Positions 49,311 through 60,063 of a stretch of 64,000 nt of DNA are shown here, one piece after another. Where the stretch lies: NCBI RefSeq assembly GCF_045277075.1, contig NZ_CP104270.1, forward strand, positions 1,524,631 through 1,588,630, written 5' to 3'. The DNA is from Seonamhaeicola sp. MEBiC01930 (lineage in GTDB: Bacteria; Bacteroidota; Bacteroidia; Flavobacteriales; Flavobacteriaceae). The translations under genes were made by a program, and so were the position numbers. The notes beneath the pieces are model-generated. The model made no database searches. It saw only the letters and a program-made list of their open reading frames with translations, and had not been told where the DNA came from. Position 1 is the stretch's first letter. The number at the start of each line of letters is the position of its first letter.

Positions 49311-49926
49311 TTAATAATATGGTATTATTATTTATAAGGATTTGGGTCATTTTGTTTTTATTGAATTGTTTTGAAATTACTAAGGTGTTGCCATACTTTA
49401 AACCATTAAGTGCACAGAAATCAAAGAATTCTTTATCATCACTCATTAGTCTTGATATGGTATATGTTTTACCTTCTACAGCCTTTGCTAAAGATATTGA
49501 GGTGTCTTTAGTGGTAATTTCTCCTTTTGAATTTGGAATAGGGTCACCATGAGGGTCAAACTTTGGGTTTCCCAGATATTCACTTATTTTATCTGCTAGG
49601 AAATCGGAGGTTTGATGCTCTAATAATTCTGCTTCTCTATGAATATCATGCATACCCATATCAAACATTTTAAATAAAAGTGCTTCCCAAAGACGATGTT
49701 TTCGAATTACCGAAAGTGCCATTTTAGTGCCTTTTTCGGTTAATTTTAAGGGTTGGTATTTTTCGTATTGCAATAAATCTTTAGTGGCCAATTTTTTAGC
49801 CATATCAGTTGCTGCTGCATTAGATATACCTAATTCTTTAGCAATGATGCCTGGTTTGGTATCATTATTATCCCGTTTACCGTTTTTGTAAATAGCTTTT
49901 ACAAAGTTTTCTATAGCTACAGACAT
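49267..49926 (-). CDS. DtxR/MntR-family metal-dependent transcriptional repressor with a C-terminal FeoA/SH3-like domain
   Basis: DtxR HTH and metal-site residues (HRLWEALL...EHQTS...); C-terminal SH3-like domain. Confidence 0.8.
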   Translation of the reverse strand: MSVAIENFVKAIYKNGKRDNNDTKPGIIAKELGISNAAATDMAKKLATKDLLQYEKYQPLKLTEKGTKMALSVIRKHRLWEALLFKMFDMGMHDIHREAELLEHQTSDFLADKISEYLGNPKFDPHGDPIPNSKGEITTKDTSISLAKAVEGKTYTISRLMSDDKEFFDFCALNGLKYGNTLVISKQFNKNKMTQILINNNTILLNEDFTSIIYVNENN

Positions 49927-50009
49927 TCGTTTTGCTTTAATTTATTTTTAAGCTTACTTAAAAATTTTTTCAAATGTAGTTAAAAAATAAAAAAAAGCAA
50001 TAAAAAATC

Positions 50010-50045
50010 CCTTGAAGTTAATTCTACAAGGGATTGTAAAAAGAT
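50010..50045 (-). terminator. rho-independent terminator (stem AATCCCTT, loop, stem AAGGGATT, then T-run on minus)
   Basis: 8-bp stem followed by T-run. Confidence 0.55.
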
Positions 50046-50055
50046 GTATTTTGAT

Positions 50056-50937
50056 TTATTTAAAGTTAACTTGTTTTTTTATGAACTTAGGAAACTTTTT
50101 TATTGGAGTTAGAGTAAGTTGTTTATAATAACATTCTGCGGCTTCAGACTGTATTTGTATTTCACCTTCATCTAAAATAGTTCCATCATGTTTTTTGGCA
50201 TTTTCAACTACCATAACAATTTCCCCATTTACAATATGTACGGCATTGTTGCCTATTACATAAATTTCGAGGTGATTCCATTCACCATGAGGTTTATCGT
50301 GTTCTGAAGATGCTTGAATATAGCCTTTTCCTATGGAGTATACTTCAGAATTAGAGTCGAACTTTTTTTCATTGGTAAAATCGCCTCTAATATCAGCAGT
50401 TGGTGAGCCAACTTTAGGTATAGCTGAATTACCACCTAAAGGAATAAAATCGCCTAAATCACTTTCTTGTACTTGATATTCTAAACAGGTTTTCCAGGTG
50501 TTCCAAAACCGACCATGTTCACCATAACAATGATATAAAATACCGCTGTCTCTTTTTTTGTCTAATCTTGGTTCCCATTTTTTATCACCCCATTTAAACA
50601 TCACACTTAAATGATAGTTTTTATAGGATTGTTTAGAAGAGATACATCCGAAAATTTCTCCTGAAATTTTTAAAACAGGCTCACCATTTTCTTCAATCAT
50701 AGAAAACACATTTTTTAGGTTGTTATTTAAACCAATTGGTGCCCCAGAATTCATTTTGTCTGATTGATAAGTTCCTTCCGGAAGTCCAGTAACAGAAGAG
50801 TGTGGAATGCTTAACCAAATATCAAAATTGGTAAGGCCTTTGTCAAGTAGTTCAATGGTTTTTCCTTTTTTTTGAGAAAATCCGTTAATGCTGATAAGTG
50901 ATAAAAGCGTAATTAGAAGTAATTGATTAGTTTTCAT
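50056..50937 (-). CDS. secreted DUF1080-family (3-keto-disaccharide-hydrolase-like, LamG/beta-jelly-roll) protein
   Basis: signal peptide; family-like C-terminal region. Confidence 0.55.
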   Translation of the reverse strand: MKTNQLLLITLLSLISINGFSQKKGKTIELLDKGLTNFDIWLSIPHSSVTGLPEGTYQSDKMNSGAPIGLNNNLKNVFSMIEENGEPVLKISGEIFGCISSKQSYKNYHLSVMFKWGDKKWEPRLDKKRDSGILYHCYGEHGRFWNTWKTCLEYQVQESDLGDFIPLGGNSAIPKVGSPTADIRGDFTNEKKFDSNSEVYSIGKGYIQASSEHDKPHGEWNHLEIYVIGNNAVHIVNGEIVMVVENAKKHDGTILDEGEIQIQSEAAECYYKQLTLTPIKKFPKFIKKQVNFK

Positions 50938-51146
50938 TTGTTTAGTATGGTTTGTACCAAATATATGAAAATAAATAAGCTTTAATTACAATCACAACCG
51001 CCTTCATTACATGTTTTCTCAGATTTGATTTTTTTCTTAAATATGAATTTTCTAAACAAAAAAACTATGGCTAGAAAAGCCGTTGAAAATACAAGTATAT
51101 TTTGGATGGTGCTATTCATTTTGAATTAGTAGATGCTATTAATTGT

Positions 51147-53249
51147 TTATTTTAAAAATTGAAAAGCAATTAAAGCAACAATATATGCAAAAGCACTCAT
51201 AAATACTAGTTGAATCATAGGCCATTTCCAACTATTAGTTTCTCGTTTTGCAACAGCTAATGTACTCATACACTGCATTGCAAAAGCATAGAAAAGTAAA
51301 AGAGAAATTCCTGAAGCTAGAGTAAATACTTTTGTGCCATCAGTATGAACCTCAGCAGCCATCTTAGTTTTTATTGTTTCTTCATCTTCATTATCATTTG
51401 CACTACCAACACTATATATAGTGGCTAATGTGCCTACAAACACTTCTCGAGCTGCAAATGAAGTTACTAAACCAATTCCTATTTTCCAGTCATAACCTAA
51501 GGGACGTATTACAGGTTCTATAGTTTTACCCACAATACCTATGTAACTATGTTCTAGTTTATATGCTGCAATTTTGTCATCTAATTCTTTTTCTGAAGCT
51601 AAAGTATATTCAGTTTTAATGATTTCTTCAGCATTATTAAAATTTTCCCCAGGCCCATATGAAGCCAAAACCCATAAAATTATTGAAATTGCAAGTATGA
51701 TTTTACCAGCTTCAAACACAAAGGTTTTTGTTTTTTCAATAACAGTTATAGCTACGTTCTTAAATAATGGAATTTTATAACTAGGCATTTCTATTACAAA
51801 ATACGTTTTGCTTTTAATCTTAAGTATTTTGTTTAAAACATAGGCTGATAAAATAGCAGTTAAAAAGCCAATTATGTAAAGCCCCATTAGAGTTAGGGCT
51901 TTATACCCGAGTCCTAAAAAAGTCCCTTCGGGAATAACTAGAGCAATAATTATAACATAAACAGGTAATCTAGCTGAACATGTAGTAAAGGGCGTTACTA
52001 ATATGGTAATGAGACGTTCTTTCCAGTTTTCTATGTTTCTAGCAGCCATAATAGCTGGGACCGCACAGGCATTTCCTGATATTAAAGGCACCACACTCTT
52101 TCCGCTTAGTCCAAAACGACGCATTACCTTGTCCATTAAAAATACTACCCGACTCATATAGCCACTCTCTTCAAGCAAGGCAATAAATAAAAACAGAAAA
52201 GCAATGGGTGGAATAAATACCATAACACCACCAATACCTGCAATAATTCCGTCTGACAATAAATTGGTAAAGACTCCAGAAGGTAAGGTGTTTTTCACCC
52301 AACCTGTAAGAGATGCAAATGCTTCATCAATTAAATCGGTTGGATAGGTTGCCCAATCATATACCGCTTGAAACATTAAGAATAATATGGTAAAGAATAT
52401 AATATATCCCCAAACTTTGTGAGTTAAAATTCTATCTAACTTAATGCGTAAATCTGTGGCATTTTCTAAGTTTACAATAAGCCCTTTTTTAAGCACATTA
52501 TTAATAAACTGATAGCGTTTTATAGTTTCTTTTTGCTGTAAACGTTTTAAATCGGCATCACTTTTAGTCTTAAAATCGTTGATGTCTTTAAAATCTTTAC
52601 GCTCAATTTTTCCAAAATTTACATCTTGTGTAATAACAAGCCAAAGTTTGTAAAGCAATTGGTTTGGAAATACTTTTTTTAAATTTTCAAAATACTTATT
52701 ATCAATAGTATTTATATCTAAACATGGCTTAGAATTAAGTGAACTGTAGTTAGTAATAAGGTCTTTTAATTTATCTATGCCTTCGTTTTTACGAGTACTA
52801 ATTACAGCAATTTTGGTGTTTAAATGTTCTTCTAGATGCTCTATGTCTAAGGAAATTCCTTTTTTACGCATTCTATCCGCCATGTTTATAACCAATAGTG
52901 TTGGAATTTCTAAATCCTTTATTTGGGTAAATAGAAGTAGATTTCTTTTTAAATTTTCCACATCAGTTACAACTACAGCAACATCAGGAAAATCTTTATC
53001 GTTTTTATTTAATAGAAGTTCTATTACAACACTTTCATCAAGTGAAGATGCATTTAAACTATATGTTCCCGGTAAATCAATTATGTCAGCTTTAAGACCT
53101 CTACTTAATTTGCATACGCCTTGTTTCTTATCCACTGTAATCCCAGGGTAATTACCTACTTTCTGATTTAAACCAGTTAATGCATTAAATACAGAGGTTT
53201 TTCCGGTATTGGGGTTTCCAATTAAGGCTACATTAATTTGCTTACTCAT
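51147..53249 (-). CDS. feoB: ferrous iron transporter FeoB (N-terminal G protein plus membrane domain)
   Basis: G1 motif GNPNTGKTS; G3 DLPG; G4 NMAD; polytopic membrane domain. Confidence 0.9.
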   Translation of the reverse strand: MSKQINVALIGNPNTGKTSVFNALTGLNQKVGNYPGITVDKKQGVCKLSRGLKADIIDLPGTYSLNASSLDESVVIELLLNKNDKDFPDVAVVVTDVENLKRNLLLFTQIKDLEIPTLLVINMADRMRKKGISLDIEHLEEHLNTKIAVISTRKNEGIDKLKDLITNYSSLNSKPCLDINTIDNKYFENLKKVFPNQLLYKLWLVITQDVNFGKIERKDFKDINDFKTKSDADLKRLQQKETIKRYQFINNVLKKGLIVNLENATDLRIKLDRILTHKVWGYIIFFTILFLMFQAVYDWATYPTDLIDEAFASLTGWVKNTLPSGVFTNLLSDGIIAGIGGVMVFIPPIAFLFLFIALLEESGYMSRVVFLMDKVMRRFGLSGKSVVPLISGNACAVPAIMAARNIENWKERLITILVTPFTTCSARLPVYVIIIALVIPEGTFLGLGYKALTLMGLYIIGFLTAILSAYVLNKILKIKSKTYFVIEMPSYKIPLFKNVAITVIEKTKTFVFEAGKIILAISIILWVLASYGPGENFNNAEEIIKTEYTLASEKELDDKIAAYKLEHSYIGIVGKTIEPVIRPLGYDWKIGIGLVTSFAAREVFVGTLATIYSVGSANDNEDEETIKTKMAAEVHTDGTKVFTLASGISLLLFYAFAMQCMSTLAVAKRETNSWKWPMIQLVFMSAFAYIVALIAFQFLK

Positions 53250-53478
53250 CTGCTATCTTTTCAATTAAAATATGAATAGCAGTTTCTTTTCTAATAGCTA
53301 CATATGAGCCATTAATATTTAAATACATTGGATCTGAGAAAGGGGCTACCTGAACCAGTTCAACTTCATTACCTGGTAAACATCCCATTTCTAAAAGCTT
53401 TAGAGGAATTTCATTTGATGATACGTTGGTAATTAATCCACGTTCACCACGTTTAAGATTTGCTAATGTATGTTCCAA
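53242..53478 (-). CDS. feoA: FeoA (SH3-like ferrous iron transport protein A)
   Basis: 78-aa SH3-like protein; overlaps feoB start by 8 nt. Confidence 0.8.
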   Translation of the reverse strand: MEHTLANLKRGERGLITNVSSNEIPLKLLEMGCLPGNEVELVQVAPFSDPMYLNINGSYVAIRKETAIHILIEKIADE

Positions 53479-53737
53479 GCTTATTTAGATTGATTTTAAA
53501 GAAGCAAAAATAGTATAAAAGTTTATAAGTAAAAAGTTAATTAAAAGAGTTTTAATTATGGTATTGGCATAACTTTTTTAGCAAATTTCTTAACGGAAAA
53601 ACAACAAAAAGATAGTATATTGGGTTAAAATGGGAGTATTTTTGTAAAAAATGTTAATATAGCATATAATTTGACCAAAATGATTGTTTTTTAAGGTGTG
53701 TTAGTGCCGTAAATTTGCCTGTATAAATAAATATATT

Positions 53738-53848
53738 ATGAAAACAAGTAATCGAAAAGTGGTAGTTGAAACTAAAGTAGGAACAATTACTAAGAATTTT
53801 AGCAATGCAAGTTCAGTTGTTTGGAATTTAAAGAGAAGATACAGATAA
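53738..53848 (+). CDS. hypothetical 36-aa basic protein (MKTSNRKVVVETKVGTITKNFSNASSVVWNLKRRYR) with its own promoter box and terminator
   Basis: TAaaTTTG at 53710-53717 about 20 nt before the ATG; terminator at 53872-53900. Confidence 0.35.
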   Translation: MKTSNRKVVVETKVGTITKNFSNASSVVWNLKRRYR

Positions 53849-53871
53849 GTAGTATTTGTATAAAATATAAT

Positions 53872-53900
53872 AAAAAGCTCTTTTTAAAAGAGCTTTTTTT
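53872..53900. terminator. bidirectional terminator (stem AAGCTCTTTT, loop AAAAGAGCTT, flanked by A-run and T-run)
   Basis: palindrome with flanking A5 and T7. Confidence 0.6.
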
Positions 53901-53910
53901 ATGCCTTCTA

Positions 53911-54585
53911 CTATTGTAAATATTCTTCTTTTAAGATAGAAATATCTTCAAGTAATTGCTTTATTTCCTCTGGGTTAGTGCCATCATAAAACCCTCTAAT
54001 TTGCCTTTTTTTATCTATTAGCATAAAATTTTCGGTATGAACCATATCAAATGGTCCGCCATCCCCTTGGTCTTTTACAGCCAAATAACTTTGTCTAGCT
54101 AATCTATAAATCTGTTTTTTATCACCAGTTACTAAATTCCACTTACTATCAATCACACCTTTATTTACAGCATATTTTTTTAATTGGGCTACAGTATCAA
54201 TTTCTGGGGTTACCGAGTGAGATAATAGCATAACTTCATCGTCATTTAAAATTTCTTTTTGAACATCAGCCATATTTTTGGTCATAATAGGGCAAATGGT
54301 TCTACAAGTGGTAAAAAAGAAATCTGCAACATAGATTTTGTTTTCGTAATTTTTTTGGGTAACCGTATCGCCATTTTGATTTACTAGCGAAAAATCTGCT
54401 ATTTTATGGTATTTCTTTTTGTATTGAATGGTGCTGTCCACCAATTCTGTACTAACCATATTTGGTTGATATACAGGTAATGGTTGATAAACATTTAAGG
54501 TGTTATAGATTAATGCAATAATTATTACTGAAATTGCAGTAAATACAATAGCAAACTTTTTATATTCTTTAAAGAAAGACAGCAT
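53911..54585 (-). CDS. SCO1/SenC-family thioredoxin-like copper chaperone
   Basis: CxxxC motif FFFTTCRTICP; conserved His; N-terminal TM anchor. Confidence 0.8.
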   Translation of the reverse strand: MLSFFKEYKKFAIVFTAISVIIIALIYNTLNVYQPLPVYQPNMVSTELVDSTIQYKKKYHKIADFSLVNQNGDTVTQKNYENKIYVADFFFTTCRTICPIMTKNMADVQKEILNDDEVMLLSHSVTPEIDTVAQLKKYAVNKGVIDSKWNLVTGDKKQIYRLARQSYLAVKDQGDGGPFDMVHTENFMLIDKKRQIRGFYDGTNPEEIKQLLEDISILKEEYLQ

Positions 54586-54737
54586 GTAAGCAGATATTTG
54601 AAGTGCAAAAATAGTGTAAACAAAACTTAATTAAAATTTAAATTCTTGTTAAAACCTAGCTCATAACTTATTTATCTTTTTATAATTGGTTTAAAAGCTT
54701 ACTTTTGTGCGGTTATCAAAATTTTGATTGAAGACAT

Positions 54738-56084
54738 ATGGAGTTTGTTATAAAAATATCTCAGTTTTTATTGAGTCTTTCACTGTTAATTGTATTACAT
54801 GAGTTGGGGCATTTTGTTCCGGCAAAAGCTTTTAAAACTAGGGTAGAAAAATTCTATTTATTTTTTGATGTGAAATTTTCATTATTCAAAAAGAAAATAG
54901 GTGATACTGTATACGGAATTGGATGGTTGCCATTAGGCGGTTATGTGAAAATTTCGGGTATGATAGATGAAAGCATGGATACGGAGCAAATGGCCAAAGA
55001 ACCACAACCATGGGAGTTTAGGTCTAAACCTGCATGGCAGCGTTTAATTATTATGCTTGGTGGTGTTACTGTTAATTTTGTTTTGGCTATCCTTATTTAT
55101 ATAGGAATGAGTTATTTCTATGGTGATCAGTTTTTACCTAATGAAAATATTAAAGATGGTCTTTTAATAGAAAGCACTGTGGCAAATAAGGCAGGTCTGT
55201 TAACAGGGGATAAAATTCTAAAGGTAGATGATTTTAAAATTCAGAATTATTCTGAAATTTCAGAAAAGGTTCTTTTTGGTAAAAACATTACAATTGAAAG
55301 AGATGGGGCACAATCTACAGTTACATTACCTGAAGATTTCTTATCACAATTAATAGATTCAAAAGAAAAAAGGTTTATTAATTTAAGAGAGCCTTTTATT
55401 ATTGTTGAGGTTCCAGATACTTCTTTTAATAAAAATAGTGGATTAAGAAAGGGAGATATGGTTGTTGCAATAAATGACCATAAAACTAGGTATGCAGATG
55501 AAGTAAAACTTGAATTAGAAAGATTTAAAGGGCAGGAAGTTAAAGCTAAAGTCATAAGAGATAATTCTGAATTAAATGTTCCATTAAAGATAAGTGAAGA
55601 AGCTAAGTTAGGCTTAGTTTATGCAGTTAGTTCAACGCCTAAAACCTTAGAAGCTCTTGGGTATTATAATTTTGATACCAAAAAATATGGCTTTTTAGAA
55701 TCTTTTCCAGTGGGCTTAACAAAAGCGAAAGATAAGTTGGTATCTTATTGGGAACAGCTAGGAGCTATATTTACGCCAAGTACTGGAGCTTATAAAGGTG
55801 TTGGTGGTTTTAAAGCTATATTTGATATTTTTCCAAATGTTTGGAGCTGGCAGGCCTTTTGGGGAATCACAGCCTTTTTGTCTATTATGTTAGCTGTTTT
55901 AAATTTATTACCAATACCTGCATTAGATGGTGGTCATGTTATGTTTTTACTCTATGAAATGATATCTGGAAGAAAACCTGGTGATAAGTTTATGGAGTAT
56001 GCACAAATGGTTGGTTTCTTTATTTTAATAGCTTTAGTTTTATTTGCTAACGGTAATGATATTTATAAGGCAATTTTTGATTAA
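54738..56084 (+). CDS. rseP: RIP metalloprotease RseP (site-2 protease) with PDZ domain
   Basis: HELGH zinc motif; LDGG motif; PDZ; four TM helices. Confidence 0.9.
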   Translation: MEFVIKISQFLLSLSLLIVLHELGHFVPAKAFKTRVEKFYLFFDVKFSLFKKKIGDTVYGIGWLPLGGYVKISGMIDESMDTEQMAKEPQPWEFRSKPAWQRLIIMLGGVTVNFVLAILIYIGMSYFYGDQFLPNENIKDGLLIESTVANKAGLLTGDKILKVDDFKIQNYSEISEKVLFGKNITIERDGAQSTVTLPEDFLSQLIDSKEKRFINLREPFIIVEVPDTSFNKNSGLRKGDMVVAINDHKTRYADEVKLELERFKGQEVKAKVIRDNSELNVPLKISEEAKLGLVYAVSSTPKTLEALGYYNFDTKKYGFLESFPVGLTKAKDKLVSYWEQLGAIFTPSTGAYKGVGGFKAIFDIFPNVWSWQAFWGITAFLSIMLAVLNLLPIPALDGGHVMFLLYEMISGRKPGDKFMEYAQMVGFFILIALVLFANGNDIYKAIFD

Positions 56085-56123
56085 TTTTTTTCAAAATTAC
56101 ATTGCAGTAATTAAAAATATATA

Positions 56124-56131
56124 TATATTTG
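56124..56131 (+). promoter_or_regulatory. Bacteroidetes -7 box TATATTTG about 25 nt upstream of tRNA-Asn
   Basis: TAnnTTTG motif inside a (TA)n run. Confidence 0.4.
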
Positions 56132-56156
56132 CGCTCGCAAAAGCGAAACATAACCT

Positions 56157-56230
56157 TCCTCAGTAGCTCAGTTGGTTAGAGCATCTGACTGTTAATCAGA
56201 GGGTCGTTGGTTCGAGCCCAACCTGAGGAG
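56157..56230 (+). tRNA. tRNA-Asn (GTT)
   Basis: acceptor TCCTCAG/CTGAGGA; D arm AGCTCAGTTGGTTAGAGC; anticodon loop CTGTTAA; T arm GTTGGTTCGAGCCCAAC. Confidence 0.9.
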
Positions 56231-56235
56231 CGTTT

Positions 56236-56272
56236 AAAGAAAAAGCCTTTACAGAAATGTAAAGGCTTTTTT
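56236..56272. terminator. bidirectional terminator (stem AAAGCCTTTAC, loop, stem TAAAGGCTTT, then T-run)
   Basis: 10-bp stem followed by T6. Confidence 0.6.
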
Positions 56273-56300
56273 CATACTTTATTTTACCTTAAAATATAGA

Positions 56301-58208
56301 TTATAAAACATTATCCATGATTTCTTGAACAACTTCTGGATTTAGGAGCGTACTGGTGTCACCTAAATTACTAGTATCTTTATGAGCAATTTTTCGTAAA
56401 ATACGTCTCATTATCTTTCCAGAACGCGTTTTAGGTAATCCGCTCGTAAATTGAATTTTATCTAATTTGGCAATAGGGCCAATATGCTCCGTAATAATTT
56501 GATTAATCTCTTTTCTTAAGTTATCATGATTTCTGCTTTCACCTGTATCTTTTAAAATAACATAACCATAAAGCGCATTTCCTTTTACATCATGTGGGAA
56601 ACCAACAATAGCAGATTCAGCTACAGCTGGATGTTCATTAACAGCATCTTCAATAGGTGCAGTTCCTAGGTTATGACCAGAAACAATAATTACATCATCA
56701 ACTCTACCTGTTATTCTATAATACCCAACCTCGTCTCTTAATGCTCCATCTCCTGTAAAATATTTATTCTCAAAGGCAGAAAAGTAAGTATCTTTATATC
56801 GTTGATGATTTCCCCATATGGTTCTTGCCATACTTGGCCATGGAAATTTTACGCATAACCGTCCATCTACTTGATTTCCTTTAATTTCTTGCCCATTTTC
56901 ATCCATTAAAGCTGGTTGAATACCAATAAAAGGTAAAGTGGCATATGTTGGTTTTGTTGGAGTTACGAAAGGTATTGGTGAAATCATTATACCTCCAGTT
57001 TCCGTTTGCCACCATGTATCTACTATTGGGCTTTTCTTTTTACCTACATTATCATTGTACCAATGCCATGCTTCTTCATTGATCGGCTCTCCTACAGAAC
57101 CTAATGTTTTTAATGATGATAAATCATATTTTTCTACTAGCTCTGAACCTTGTTTTGCTAAGGCTCGAATGGCTGTAGGTGCGGTATAAAATTGATTGAT
57201 TTTGTGTTTTTCAACAATTTCCCAAAAACGTCCAAAGTCTGGGTAACTAGGTACGCCTTCAAACATTACTGTTGTAGCTCCATTAGCTAGCGGGCCATAA
57301 ACAATATAACTGTGTCCAGTTATCCATCCAATATCTGCGGTACACCAGTAAATATCATCTTCTCTATATTGAAATACGTTTTTAAATGTATAAGCCGTAT
57401 ATACCATATAACCAGCCGTAGTATGAACCATACCTTTTGGCATACCTGTGGAACCTGAAGTATATAATATAAATAAAGGATCTTCTGCCCTCATGATTTC
57501 TGCTTTACATTCTGAAGAAGCATCGTCTAATAAAGGCTTTAACCATTTATCTCGACCATCTTCCATATGAATATCGGAATGAATTCGTTTTGCTACTAAA
57601 ACGGTTTCAATACACGGACAATCATTTAAAGCTTCATCTACAATACCTTTTAGATCGATTGTTTTAGCTCCTCTATAAGATCCATCACTGGTTATAACCA
57701 TTTTACATTCTGAATCATTAATTCTTGTAGATAGTGCTGTGGCAGAAAAACCTGCAAATACAACAGAATGAATGGCACCTATTCTGGCACATGCCAATAC
57801 AGAAACTGCTAATTCAGGTATCATGGGTAAGTAAATGCACACCCGGTCTCCCTTTTTTATACCTTGAGATTTAAGAACGTTAGCAAATTTATTAACACGT
57901 TCAGATAATTGATTATAAGTAATATACTCCGCTTCTTCATTAGGGTCATTCGGTTCAAATAAAATTGCTGTTTTATCACCTCTGGTTGCTAAATGCCTGT
58001 TAATACAATTCTCAGTAATATTCAATTCAGCACCTTCAAACCATTTTATTTCAGGTTTAGAAAAATCCCAATTCAGCACCTTATCCCATTTTTTTTGCCA
58101 CATAAAATGTTCTTCGGCAATTTCTTCCCAAAAATTTTCTGGTTCTCTAACAGATTTTCTGTAAACTTGGTAATATTCCTCTAAGTGTTTTATGTGGTAA
58201 TTACTCAT
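56301..58208 (-). CDS. acs: acetyl-CoA synthetase (AMP-forming)
   Basis: AMP-binding motifs YTSGSTGMPKG and TGD; C-terminal catalytic Lys in LPKTRSGKIMRR. Confidence 0.95.
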   Translation of the reverse strand: MSNYHIKHLEEYYQVYRKSVREPENFWEEIAEEHFMWQKKWDKVLNWDFSKPEIKWFEGAELNITENCINRHLATRGDKTAILFEPNDPNEEAEYITYNQLSERVNKFANVLKSQGIKKGDRVCIYLPMIPELAVSVLACARIGAIHSVVFAGFSATALSTRINDSECKMVITSDGSYRGAKTIDLKGIVDEALNDCPCIETVLVAKRIHSDIHMEDGRDKWLKPLLDDASSECKAEIMRAEDPLFILYTSGSTGMPKGMVHTTAGYMVYTAYTFKNVFQYREDDIYWCTADIGWITGHSYIVYGPLANGATTVMFEGVPSYPDFGRFWEIVEKHKINQFYTAPTAIRALAKQGSELVEKYDLSSLKTLGSVGEPINEEAWHWYNDNVGKKKSPIVDTWWQTETGGIMISPIPFVTPTKPTYATLPFIGIQPALMDENGQEIKGNQVDGRLCVKFPWPSMARTIWGNHQRYKDTYFSAFENKYFTGDGALRDEVGYYRITGRVDDVIIVSGHNLGTAPIEDAVNEHPAVAESAIVGFPHDVKGNALYGYVILKDTGESRNHDNLRKEINQIITEHIGPIAKLDKIQFTSGLPKTRSGKIMRRILRKIAHKDTSNLGDTSTLLNPEVVQEIMDNVL

Positions 58209-58329
58209 GATTAATAATTAAAATTAATGTCTAATTTAGTTGCCTTCTAAAATAAATAATTTAATGAATCCCTGCTAAGTTTTTCTACATATAACAGGCC
58301 ATTATAGACGAAGAATTGTGTATTGCGTA

Positions 58330-60063
58330 TTAATGATTAACAGCGTCTCCAGCTCCACTTGGAATTCTAATGTTTTCAACAATCTCCTGAACATCTTCTG
58401 GAGGTGCAGGTGTAAATTTCATTATAGTAATGGAAACTATGAAATTTAATATCATGGCTACCGTTCCAAAACCTTCAGGTGAAATTCCAAACCACCATTC
58501 ACTTTTATCAGGAATGGTTTCATCAAACCATCCCAATTTGTATTTTATCATATAGAGAAGCATTGAAATTATACCAACTACCATTCCTGCAATAGCCCCT
58601 TCTTTATTCATGCGTTTATAGAAGATTCCTAAAATAATAGCTGGAAAGAAAGAAGCTGCTGCTAATCCAAAAGCTAGGGCAACTACTGCTGCTACAAAAC
58701 CAGGCGGGTGAATTCCATAATAACCGGCTACTACTACAGCACCTACTGCAGATAAACGTGCAGCTACTAATTCTCCTTTTTCCGAAATAGATGGTTTAAA
58801 TACTTTTTTAATTAAATCATGAGAAACCGAAGCAGAAATAACCAATAATAATCCTGCTGCTGTAGACAATGCAGCCGCTAAACCACCTGCCGCAACCAAG
58901 GCTATGACCCAATTTGGCAATTTGGCAATTTCCGGATTCGCAAGTACCATGATATCTCTATCAATGGTAAGTTCATTCTCTTCTTTATTTGCTAAGTATT
59001 GAATATTACCATCTTCATTCTTGTCTTTAAAACTAATAAGACCTGTTGTTTCCCATTTTTTAAACCATTCCGGCATATTGGCATAGGGTTTATTAGAAAC
59101 AGTTTCAATCATATTAGTTCTAGCAAAAACAGCAACCGCCGGTGCAGTTGTATATAGTATAACAATAAGTAATAAGGCAATACCAGCAGATTTTCGGGCA
59201 TCCTTTACACGTTTTACAGTGAAAAACCGAACGATTACGTGTGGCAATCCTGCTGTACCTACCATGAGCGCCAAAGTAATAGCAAAAACATCAATGGTTG
59301 ATTTTGAGCCTTCAGTATATTCGGAAAAACCTAATTCAGTACTTAGTCCATCTAATTTATCCAATAAATATCCTGAACCATCAACTAATTCTCCTCCAAA
59401 CCCAAATTGTGGAATAGGGTTCCCTGTCATTTGAAAGGATATAAAAATGGCTGGTACCATAAATGCAAAAATGAGCACGCAATATTGTGCCACTTGAGTA
59501 TATGTGATGCCTTTCATGCCTCCTAAAACAGCATAAAATAATACAATAAGCATTCCTATAATAACTCCAGTATTTATATCCACTTCTAAAAACCTGGAGA
59601 AAACAATGCCAACACCACGCATTTGACCTGCAACATAAGTAAAGGACACAATAAGTGCGCAAAAAACAGCAACAATTCGTGCTGTTTTTGAGTAATATCG
59701 ATCACCAATAAAATCAGGTACAGTAAACTTTCCAAACTTTCTTAAATAAGGTGCTAATAACAGGGCTAGCAATACATATCCGCCAGTCCATCCCATCAAA
59801 TAAACCGCGCCATCATATCCTGCAAAAGAAATTATACCAGCCATAGAAATAAAGGATGCAGCACTCATCCAATCCGCCGCTGTCGCCATTCCGTTGGCCC
59901 ATGGCGATACGCCTCCTCCAGCAACATAAAAATCTTTTGTGGAACTAGCTCTAGACCAAATAGCAATACCTATATATAAAGTAAAGGTTATTCCAACTAA
60001 AATATAGGTCCAATTTTGAACACTAATGCCCTCTACTAATAAGAAGCTATTCATCATAACCAT
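58330..60063 (-). CDS. actP: sodium:solute symporter family cation/acetate symporter (ActP-like)
   Basis: SSF fold with 13-14 TM helices; adjacent to acs and a DUF4212 small subunit. Confidence 0.8.
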   Translation of the reverse strand: MVMMNSFLLVEGISVQNWTYILVGITFTLYIGIAIWSRASSTKDFYVAGGGVSPWANGMATAADWMSAASFISMAGIISFAGYDGAVYLMGWTGGYVLLALLLAPYLRKFGKFTVPDFIGDRYYSKTARIVAVFCALIVSFTYVAGQMRGVGIVFSRFLEVDINTGVIIGMLIVLFYAVLGGMKGITYTQVAQYCVLIFAFMVPAIFISFQMTGNPIPQFGFGGELVDGSGYLLDKLDGLSTELGFSEYTEGSKSTIDVFAITLALMVGTAGLPHVIVRFFTVKRVKDARKSAGIALLLIVILYTTAPAVAVFARTNMIETVSNKPYANMPEWFKKWETTGLISFKDKNEDGNIQYLANKEENELTIDRDIMVLANPEIAKLPNWVIALVAAGGLAAALSTAAGLLLVISASVSHDLIKKVFKPSISEKGELVAARLSAVGAVVVAGYYGIHPPGFVAAVVALAFGLAAASFFPAIILGIFYKRMNKEGAIAGMVVGIISMLLYMIKYKLGWFDETIPDKSEWWFGISPEGFGTVAMILNFIVSITIMKFTPAPPEDVQEIVENIRIPSGAGDAVNH

